A stretch of 32,000 nt of DNA. Source: an uncultured archaeon (lineage in GTDB: Archaea > Iainarchaeota > Iainarchaeia > Iainarchaeales > Iainarchaeaceae). Shown here piece by piece: positions 25,361-32,000 of this stretch. A program made the position numbers and the translations under genes. The stretch lies in contig CAZNZM010000008.1 in assembly GCA_964577555.1 (NCBI GenBank), positions 1 to 32,000 on the forward strand, written 5' to 3'. Position 1 is the first letter of the stretch. Each line of letters starts with the position of its first letter. The notes beneath the pieces are model-generated. The model saw nothing but the letters and a program-made list of their open reading frames with translations, did not search any database and was not told the origin of the DNA.

Positions 25361-26278
25361 ATGAGAATAAGATTTCCAAGGTTCAGGGACATAAGGTCAA
25401 AACTTTATTCTGCAAAACTTTTAGGCAACGTCGTAAAAAACTCTTTAATGTTCAAGATTAGACGTGGCACAATGCCAAGATTCAGGTCAAAAGAATTTGA
25501 CACTTTAATAGTTGATATGGACGGAACCCTTTACAGAACCGACGCCAACCTTGAAGCATTGGTTTTAGCATATCCAGAAAAGCTTGAAACAGGCAAGACT
25601 GCAGGAGAAGAAATTTTTGATTCCATAATTTCAAAGATAGCATCAGGAGAATACAGCATTGAAAAAGCAATTCTGGAAGGCAACAAATTTCTCATGGCTC
25701 GAAAAATAAAAAAACAAGACTTTCATAAGATTGTTGATATAATAAAGCCAACGCTGAGAAAATCTCTTATAAAAGCGCTTGGAGACATTAAAGCAGAAGG
25801 CAAAACCATAATACTTGCAACGCTTTCGTCAAAAGACTTCGGCGAAATGGTAAATTCTTACCTAAAACTCAAGTACAATTTTGAGTTTGACATTGTTGTA
25901 GGAACAGAATTAAGATTTGAAGAAGACGGCTCTATATCAGGAATAAAATCTATTGTCGGCACGAAAGATTTCACATTTGAAGGAATACCAGTAAAATCAA
26001 AACTTTCAGCAGTTAAAGAAGCCATTTCCATTGCAGGAAAGCAATTTAATCCTAAAAGAACTGTCCTGATTACAGACGGCTATGGCGACATTGATATAGC
26101 CAAATCATTAGTAACCATATTGATAAAACAGCATAATCCAAGCACTGCACAGAAAATATCTTATCGCTTGGGACTTGCAGATTACATTCTTCCAGACAAT
26201 CGCGACCTAATAATTAATCTAAAATCAATAGTGCTAGGCGCAGAACTAAAAGAACCGGAAGCCAACCAAAACACTTGA
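25361..26278 (+). CDS. HAD-superfamily hydrolase (SerB-like / HAD-IB type)
   Basis: It has motif I DMDGTLY (DxDxT) and a C-terminal ITDGYGDIDIA (GDxxxD). The start is uncertain between ATG 25361 and ATG 25472 (MPRFRSKEFDTLIVDMDG). Confidence 0.75.
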   Translation: MRIRFPRFRDIRSKLYSAKLLGNVVKNSLMFKIRRGTMPRFRSKEFDTLIVDMDGTLYRTDANLEALVLAYPEKLETGKTAGEEIFDSIISKIASGEYSIEKAILEGNKFLMARKIKKQDFHKIVDIIKPTLRKSLIKALGDIKAEGKTIILATLSSKDFGEMVNSYLKLKYNFEFDIVVGTELRFEEDGSISGIKSIVGTKDFTFEGIPVKSKLSAVKEAISIAGKQFNPKRTVLITDGYGDIDIAKSLVTILIKQHNPSTAQKISYRLGLADYILPDNRDLIINLKSIVLGAELKEPEANQNT

Positions 26279-26292
26279 TGCCATGCTTTGCA

Positions 26293-26299
26293 TTTTTTT
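26293..26299 (+). terminator. Oligo-T run downstream of the HAD gene
   Basis: A T7 run lies 15 nt after the stop at 26278, followed by several more T-runs up to 26440. Archaeal RNAP is known to terminate at oligo-T. Confidence 0.4.
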
Positions 26300-26439
26300 G
26301 TTTTAGAAATTCAATTTTTTATTTTTTTTAATTTGAATTGTTATTTTTTGCCATTTTCAAAATCATTTTTTTTATATTAAATTCCGTTTTTAAATTTTTT
26401 AAAACTTTGATTATTTTCCGATTTTATTTTTTCAAATTT

Positions 26440-27441
26440 TCATATTTTAATTTTTTTGACTTCCACTTTTGCTTCTTCAAGCAATTCCAACGCCTCTTTT
26501 CCAAGCGGATAATCATAATTGTAAATAACACGCTTTATTCCGGCATTAATTATCATTTTACTGCAAGTTAAACAAGGGCTGTAAGTAGTATAAATGTCAG
26601 AGTCTTTTGTTGAAATCCCGTGATACGCTGCTTGAACTATTGCGTTTTCCTCTGCATGAGAGCATCTGCATTCATCAAGTTTCGTGCCTTCTTTTGCAAA
26701 TGAATTACACCTTAAACACCCGCCTTCGTTGCAATTTCTTACTCTTCGAGGAGTTCCATTATAACCTGTTGAAATAATCCTTTTTTCCCTCACTATAACA
26801 GCCCCAATTTTTCTCTTTATGCAATTACTCCTTGTTGCTATCTCTTTTGCAATATTCATAAAATACTCGTCCCAATCAGGCCTTTTAAAATCAACAGGCG
26901 TTTGAAGCAATACAGAATCAATTTTTTGGAATAATTCGGCAAGCGAACCATTGTTTTCAATTGTATGTCCAGCCATTGCAGCACAAACATCCAATTGCTG
27001 ACTACTGCTTTCCCCAGAAGAACTTTCAAATCTTTCCATTTTTCTAAATTCCTCAATGGTTTTAGGGTCACCTTCCCTATTTCTTTTCAATATTCTTTCA
27101 AACCTTGTTTTTTCATCAGAAATAATATTCCAAAGGTGAAAATTTCCGATTTTTTGCAATTCTTTTATTTCCTCTGGGTTGCGCAAAGAATCAATTACAT
27201 AATTTTTGTCTTTGGACATTTTGCCTACAATTCTTTTTGACAGATACCCGTTGCCATATTTTTTTCTCAATTCATTGCCTTTAGAAATCAAATTTTCCCT
27301 TGTAACAGGCAATTTTTCTTCAGCAAGAATTTCCCTGAGTTCATCAGAAAGAGAAAGATACCCAAAACTCTTTGATTTAAGGTATTCGCAAGCAGTTGTC
27401 TTGCCGGCACAATATTTTCCAGTAACTCCAATAACTATCAT
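26440..27441 (-). CDS. Fusion protein: N-terminal P-loop nucleotide/nucleoside kinase-like domain plus C-terminal dCMP deaminase (ComEB type)
   Basis: The N-terminus has the Walker A motif GVTGKYCAGKTT, followed by a roughly 180-aa kinase-like region. The C-terminus has WDEYFMNIAKEIATRSNC...GAVIV...GYNGTP...CSHAEENAI...PCLTCSKMIINAGIKRVIY, the zinc-binding HAE/PCxxC pattern of dCMP deaminases. Met-25 (ATG 27441) is preferred because the Walker A motif then lies close to the N-terminus. Confidence 0.85.
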   Translation of the reverse strand: MIVIGVTGKYCAGKTTACEYLKSKSFGYLSLSDELREILAEEKLPVTRENLISKGNELRKKYGNGYLSKRIVGKMSKDKNYVIDSLRNPEEIKELQKIGNFHLWNIISDEKTRFERILKRNREGDPKTIEEFRKMERFESSSGESSSQQLDVCAAMAGHTIENNGSLAELFQKIDSVLLQTPVDFKRPDWDEYFMNIAKEIATRSNCIKRKIGAVIVREKRIISTGYNGTPRRVRNCNEGGCLRCNSFAKEGTKLDECRCSHAEENAIVQAAYHGISTKDSDIYTTYSPCLTCSKMIINAGIKRVIYNYDYPLGKEALELLEEAKVEVKKIKI

Positions 27442-27468
27442 TGTTGAAAAAAATTCTTCGGACAAGGG

Positions 27469-27478
27469 TTTATAAAAT
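27469..27478 (-). promoter_or_regulatory. Candidate TATA box for the kinase::deaminase gene
   Basis: Minus-strand ATTTTATAAA is centred about 32 nt upstream of ATG 27441, implying a very short leader. Confidence 0.35.
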
Positions 27479-27533
27479 GTAGCAAAAAAAAATTCTATTT
27501 CAAACCAATCCAACTAAAATAAAATTCCTAAAG

Positions 27534-29504
27534 TTATTCGAACCCTAAAGATTTTTTTCCTGTCACCGCAACAAGCCAAATTAACCCTATAATTGAAAGC
27601 AAAAAACCTATTTTTTCAATATCAGTTTCTTCGTATCTTAATTCTATTTCTCCCTTTCCATAAACAATCATAAAGTTCGGCGAAGCCTTGTATATTGGTG
27701 TTTCTATTCCATTTTGATATGCTTTCCATTTAGGAAAATAAGATATTTTAATATAAATCGGAACCCGCTTTTCAGATTCCACAAAAAATTTTATTCTATC
27801 CATGGTTGGAGATTTTTCCAAAATTCTTATAACTTCAGAACCAAAACCCGGTTGCATATTTTCTTTTCCATTTATGAAAATATTTCTTCGCATGTTTTTA
27901 TTGCCAAACCAATTAATGACTTCCAAATCCCAATCTTTGCCAAGATAATTTTTTGGCGCATAATCTAAAACTTGAATAAGAGAAGATTCGTTTGCTTTGT
28001 AAATATGGTAAGTATATTTCTCCATGAATTCTTTGTCAGGCTGCCAAAAGTAAAAAGAAACTATTTTCCCAAAATCTTTCCATTCTGGCAATATTTGGTT
28101 TTTGCTGACAACATAATTAATTCCAAGCAATTCCAATTCTTCCCTTATTATATTTTTGTCAAAGTCGTTGCTATCCCATTGTTGCTCTTCCATTACCCTT
28201 GCAATAATTGAATTTTTTGACGATTCTTGGAAAAGCCCTTTCACGCCATAAAGTTTATACTTTATAGGTATTGCATGTTGAAGCTCATGGTTACCGGCTT
28301 GCTCGGTTTCTTTTGCATAAATTAAAACCCTTCCACTTGTTTCCCCTTGAACTTTTTCCACAAAAGGCTTTCTTATATTGCCTTCAGGATAAAGCCCAGA
28401 CAAAGTCCCAACAACCAAAAGGAAAAACAAAATCGAAACTATTGGCAAAATAATACCCGGTTTTTTCCAAAATAAATTTTTGACCAAACCATACAAGACA
28501 ATAGGCAACATCAAAACTACAAACATTGTTAAACGATAGTAATGCATTGGATAATTGGCATAATTCCAGCCAACAAAACATAAAACAGCTACAATGAAAG
28601 CAAACAAGCTTGGCTCCAAATAATCATTTTTTTTTGAAAACCACAAATAAATTGTTGCCAAGCCAGAAACAATTAAAACAATCAAATCATAAGGCAAAGA
28701 ACCTGAAATAAAAAGATCAGTATAATCAATGTACGCAATTGCTGGAACCAACCAAAAAGCCGAAAGCAAAAAACCAAGCAACAATTGTTTTCCAGAAAAA
28801 AATAAACTATTTTTATTATAATGCACTATTGCAAAAGTAGATAAAAGCAAAATGGCTACAATTGAAGTAATTGTGTGTGTTAATATTATAAGAGCAAATA
28901 TGAAAGCGCTTTGCAAATAATTTCCTTGCGAAAAACCCTTTTTTAGGGAACCAAAGTAAAAGAAAAAAAGCGAAAAGCCAAGCGTATTTGCCACAAGCCC
29001 AACATTAAAAGTTGAAAACATGTCGCCACCCATAACCCCGTTTTCGAATATGAAAAGCACGGCGAACATGATTACCATAATCGAAGAGGCTTCGATTTTT
29101 CCAATATTTTCAAAAGACCTTGCAAAATAATAGAAAGAAACAGGCAACAAAAGAATTGAAAAAGCAACAATAGATTTGAACGCATATTCAAGAGGCATTA
29201 AAAATGATAATATTACAGTTGCAAAAGTGAATAATGGCTGATAAAAAAGATTTTGTGGAAATCCAAAAAAGAAATAAGGATTCCAACCTGAAATTTTTGG
29301 AAAAATATATTCTTTAGTGTACCAAGCTGAAAAATAATGCCCAGGTATGTCAGCAGTAAAAAGACTATTATGAATGAAAAAAGGCCAAATTAACCAAAAA
29401 ATAGAGTATGCATAAACGGCAAAAAACAATAGCAAATAAGCTTTTTCCGAAAAAAATTTTACTCCTAATTTAACAAAATCCTTTGTCTTTATCAAAATCG
29501 CCAT
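27534..29504 (-). CDS. Polytopic membrane protein (656 aa), GT-C-like / PTPS-related membrane protein family; putative glycosyltransferase
   Basis: About 12 hydrophobic helices fill the first ~390 aa, followed by a ~260-aa soluble C-terminal domain. The N-terminal loop ...TADIPGHYFSAWYTKEYIFPKISGWNPYFFFGFPQNLFYQPLF resembles the first extracytoplasmic loop of that family. No AglB WWDYG motif is present. The functional call is tentative. Confidence 0.8.
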   Translation of the reverse strand: MAILIKTKDFVKLGVKFFSEKAYLLLFFAVYAYSIFWLIWPFFIHNSLFTADIPGHYFSAWYTKEYIFPKISGWNPYFFFGFPQNLFYQPLFTFATVILSFLMPLEYAFKSIVAFSILLLPVSFYYFARSFENIGKIEASSIMVIMFAVLFIFENGVMGGDMFSTFNVGLVANTLGFSLFFFYFGSLKKGFSQGNYLQSAFIFALIILTHTITSIVAILLLSTFAIVHYNKNSLFFSGKQLLLGFLLSAFWLVPAIAYIDYTDLFISGSLPYDLIVLIVSGLATIYLWFSKKNDYLEPSLFAFIVAVLCFVGWNYANYPMHYYRLTMFVVLMLPIVLYGLVKNLFWKKPGIILPIVSILFFLLVVGTLSGLYPEGNIRKPFVEKVQGETSGRVLIYAKETEQAGNHELQHAIPIKYKLYGVKGLFQESSKNSIIARVMEEQQWDSNDFDKNIIREELELLGINYVVSKNQILPEWKDFGKIVSFYFWQPDKEFMEKYTYHIYKANESSLIQVLDYAPKNYLGKDWDLEVINWFGNKNMRRNIFINGKENMQPGFGSEVIRILEKSPTMDRIKFFVESEKRVPIYIKISYFPKWKAYQNGIETPIYKASPNFMIVYGKGEIELRYEETDIEKIGFLLSIIGLIWLVAVTGKKSLGFE

Positions 29505-29519
29505 TCAAAAAACCGCTTT

Positions 29520-29984
29520 TCAAATTTCAGAATTTTTACAACTTTGAGGAACAAGGAAATCACTTTCAGAAACATTTTTTGAATAATTTTTTATTGTAGA
29601 TCCTTCCTTACCTATACAATTAATTATTTCAAAAGGGTTGAAATAAGGCTCTTTCGCCTTTTCATGTTTTTTTATACATCCTTTTGAAGTGATATAATAT
29701 TGTTCGCTTTCCATAACGCTCTTGTCAAAAATTTCTAAGTACTCTACAATATTGCCATGATTCACATTTTCAATTTTTTTGTATTTTATCAAATATTTTT
29801 CAGGCGTATCAACATGCCAATAATGCATTAAAATATTTGGTGTTTCAGCCTCCCAATAAACTTTGAAAGGCAAAACTTCTTTGCATACTATCTTCCTGTT
29901 GTCATATTCCGACTTTGCCAATGTTGCAATTAAAAAAACAGTCAAAAACAGAAATATTGCTACAACAACGTATTGCAAATTCAT
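29520..29984 (-). CDS. Small N-terminally anchored or secreted protein (154 aa, 4 Cys)
   Basis: N-terminal MNLQYVVVAIFLFLTVFLIATLA is a TM helix or signal. The gene ends 15 nt upstream of the GT-C-like gene on the same strand. No family recognised. Confidence 0.7.
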   Translation of the reverse strand: MNLQYVVVAIFLFLTVFLIATLAKSEYDNRKIVCKEVLPFKVYWEAETPNILMHYWHVDTPEKYLIKYKKIENVNHGNIVEYLEIFDKSVMESEQYYITSKGCIKKHEKAKEPYFNPFEIINCIGKEGSTIKNYSKNVSESDFLVPQSCKNSEI

Positions 29985-30010
29985 AAATTAACATTCCACC
30001 ATTTTATTTA

Positions 30011-30019
30011 AAAAAAAAA
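30011..30019 (-). terminator. T9 run downstream of tRNA-Asp
   Basis: Nine A on the + strand (T9 on the tRNA strand) begin 11 nt after the tRNA 3' end. Confidence 0.5.
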
Positions 30020-30029
30020 GATTTATAAG

Positions 30030-30101
30030 CGCCCACACCGGGAGTTGAACCCGGCCCTCGACCGTGACAGGGTCGCATACTAACCGATATACTATGTGGG
30101 C
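30030..30101 (-). tRNA. tRNA-Asp (anticodon GUC), no intron, CCA not encoded
   Basis: Hand-folded cloverleaf of GCCCACATAGTATATCGGTTAGTATGCGACCCTGTCACGGTCGAGGGCCGGGTTCAACTCCCGGTGTGGGCG. The 7-bp acceptor stem is GCCCACA/TGTGGGC. The D arm is GTAT/GTAT (2 G-U pairs) with a GG loop. The anticodon stem is CGACC/GGTCG with loop CTGTCAC. The T arm is CCGGG/CCCGG with loop TTCAACT. The discriminator base is G. Confidence 0.93.
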
Positions 30102-30258
30102 TTTTTTAATCATAAAATCTATAATTTGAGAAGGCTTTTAATGTTTTCCAACAAATCGCAAAAAACAGAATAATTGTTTTTATTCGGCAATTTTTTGTTG
30201 TAATACATTATTTTTTTCCAGGACAAAAATTTAATAATTTGATAATTCTCGCTTTTTA

Positions 30259-31179
30259 TTATTTTTTAACCAATTTTGCCAAAAAAAACGCTTGCGAATT
30301 GTTGTCTTGCGGATAAATTCTTGCGCATTTTGACACTTCGGAATCGTATTTTTTACCATTCCACTGGCTTATTCCCTTTCTCGTCTTGAACCCATCAACT
30401 GCAATTTCTTCAACAAAAAAACCGCCATTCTTTAATGCAAAATCCACAATCTCTTCATCTTCTTCCGGAGAAAGGGAGCATGTGCTATAAACAATTGTTC
30501 CATTAGGCTTAAGCAATTCAATGCACTTTTTCACAAGTTTTTTTTGCAAACTTGATTTTATTTGAACAAGTTCGTTGCTCCAATTTTTAAGTGCATCAAA
30601 ATCTTTTCTTACCAAGCCTTCTGAACTGCATGGCGCATCTAAAAGTATCTTGTCAAACAAATTCTTTTTTTTTGCACCCAGCAAATCCATTCTCTTGGCT
30701 TCAACATTTCCCATTCCAAATTTTTTAATATTAAAACAAAGGCTTTTGTATCTTTCAAAATTTTTTTCTACGGCCACTATTTTTCCAAGTCCGTTCATTA
30801 AGCAAGAAAGCTGCAATGTCTTGTTACCAGGGGCTGCACAGGCATCAAGTACAATATTTTTTTGTTCAGGGTTCAAAGCTATTGCAGGCAACATTGAAGC
30901 CTTTTCCTGCAAATTGAATAACCCGTCCTTGAATTCTCGGGTTTGCCCAGGTTTTTCAATATTTTCCAATCCAAAAGCATTTTCATGAAAAAGCCTTTCA
31001 AGTTTCCAACCTTTTTTTACAAGAATTTTTTCAAGCAACCCAGGTTTTATTTTTAGAGAATTAACCCAAATGCTTTTAGGATATTTTGTTTTGCAGAAAC
31101 TGAAAAATTCTTCGCTTTCAATTCCAAGAATTTTTTCATATTTTTTCTTGAAATCCTCAGGAATAAAAGTTTTTTTCAT
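30259..31179 (-). CDS. RNA cytosine-C5 methyltransferase, NOL1/NOP2/Sun family
   Basis: It has the SAM-binding VLDACAAPGNKT motif and the catalytic motifs LLDAPCSSEG and YSTCSLSPEE. Confidence 0.9.
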   Translation of the reverse strand: MKKTFIPEDFKKKYEKILGIESEEFFSFCKTKYPKSIWVNSLKIKPGLLEKILVKKGWKLERLFHENAFGLENIEKPGQTREFKDGLFNLQEKASMLPAIALNPEQKNIVLDACAAPGNKTLQLSCLMNGLGKIVAVEKNFERYKSLCFNIKKFGMGNVEAKRMDLLGAKKKNLFDKILLDAPCSSEGLVRKDFDALKNWSNELVQIKSSLQKKLVKKCIELLKPNGTIVYSTCSLSPEEDEEIVDFALKNGGFFVEEIAVDGFKTRKGISQWNGKKYDSEVSKCARIYPQDNNSQAFFLAKLVKK

Positions 31180-31194
31180 AAACGCAATATTGAA

Positions 31195-31938
31195 TCAATT
31201 TATTTTCTTGTCCAGCACACATAACATTTCAACATGCATTGTCTGTGGAAACTGGTCAAAAGCTTTTATCGTTTTAATTTTATATTCTGGCAAAGCCTTT
31301 ATATCCTGATGCAATGATTCAGGGTTGCATGAAACGTATATTATCCTATTAGGAAAAATTTTTTTTATTCCATCAATAGCTTTTCTTTCAAGCCCTTTTC
31401 TTGGCGGGTCAACTATTATTGTATCAAACCATGCTTCGGTGTTTTTAAGCCATTTTTCAACATTGCTTGAAAAAAACTGAATATTTTTTATTCCATTTAG
31501 TTCAGCATTCATTTTTGCCGATTCTATGCTTTCTTCGTTTAATTCAACCCCGATAATTTTATTGCATTTGTCTGCAAAACATATTGCTATTGTTCCTACG
31601 CCGCAATAAAGATCAAGCACTATAGAATTTTTTTTTATGTATTTTTTTGCAATGGAAAAAATTCTTTCAGCGCTTTTTACATTCACTTGAAAAAAATTGT
31701 TTCCCCTTATAACAAACTTATTTCCAAGCAATTCCTCTATTATAAAATTTTTTCCGAATGTTTTAATTATTTTTCCTTGTGCCGAATCGCTCCATGTTTC
31801 GTTTTGCATTATATTTACTCCGACAACTTTTTGGTTAAGCAATTCTTTGCAAAGAATTTCAATTTTTGGGTTTACGCTTCCAAAAAAAAACCAAATTGCA
31901 AAGCATTTCCCCATTTCCGTTTCTTCGCAAAACCGCAT
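31195..31938 (-). CDS. RNA uracil-5 methyltransferase, RumA/TrmA family (catalytic domain only; N-terminal part missing or frameshifted)
   Basis: It has VLDLYCGVGTIAI (the SAM motif), IVDPPRKGL, YVSCNPESL and QFPQTMHVE. The 247-aa ORF lacks the usual N-terminal TRAM/Fe-S region. A different frame is open upstream to the window edge. Confidence 0.8.
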   Translation of the reverse strand: MRFCEETEMGKCFAIWFFFGSVNPKIEILCKELLNQKVVGVNIMQNETWSDSAQGKIIKTFGKNFIIEELLGNKFVIRGNNFFQVNVKSAERIFSIAKKYIKKNSIVLDLYCGVGTIAICFADKCNKIIGVELNEESIESAKMNAELNGIKNIQFFSSNVEKWLKNTEAWFDTIIVDPPRKGLERKAIDGIKKIFPNRIIYVSCNPESLHQDIKALPEYKIKTIKAFDQFPQTMHVEMLCVLDKKIN

Positions 31939-32000
31939 ACCTTAAACCGTGTCTTCTTTTCATTATTGTGGCGCTTTCAATTTCAAGTTCTTTCAGCTTT

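Noticed and set aside
26300-26345. A weak A/T hairpin (aaattcaa ... ttgaatt) in the convergent spacer after the HAD gene, considered as a structured terminator.
   Set aside because: It has only about 7 A/T base pairs and a ~17-nt loop. Archaeal termination is adequately explained by the surrounding oligo-T runs.

Overview
This is an AT-rich, densely coding archaeal chromosome segment, with most genes on the minus strand. The centre (8191-19591, minus) is the conserved archaeal transcription/translation supercluster rpoH - rpoB'' - rpoB' - rpoA' - rpoA'' - rpl30e - nusA - rps12 - rps7 - aEF-2. After an interruption it resumes with aEF-1alpha - rps10 (4827-6507). Split rpoB, RpoH, L30e, an archaeal-type riboflavin synthase and a CTP-type riboflavin kinase mark the host as an archaeon with euryarchaeal/DPANN-like gene order; finer lineage cannot be proven from this window. 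Right of the cluster lie an rbkR-ribC-ribH riboflavin operon, an Ogg2-type 8-oxoguanine glycosylase, a cis-prenyl (UPP) synthase, a geranylgeranyl-reductase-family flavoprotein and a HAD hydrolase. These are followed by a P-loop kinase::dCMP deaminase fusion, a 656-aa GT-C-like polytopic membrane protein with a small membrane-anchored partner, tRNA-Asp(GUC) and two RNA methyltransferases (NOL1/NOP2/Sun type and RumA/TrmA type). Left of the cluster is an accessory arm with secreted/surface proteins and two small orphan ORFs. Five things stand out. (1) A 450-codon ORF at 1-1350 (minus) is missing from the ORF track because it runs off the window; it is written almost only in A and C (about 97 percent NNA/NNC codons by hand count), unlike every other gene here. 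(2) Two 0.5-0.8 kb strand-asymmetric oligo-T arrays (7393-8190 and 19783-20320) bracket the RNAP/ribosomal cluster in the same orientation and share a 60-110 bp repeat. (3) A surface protein carries a module of about 30 percent tyrosine. (4) There is a candidate RbkR operator. (5) There is a possible frameshift at the right edge. I saw no rRNA, CRISPR array, transposase or integrase.
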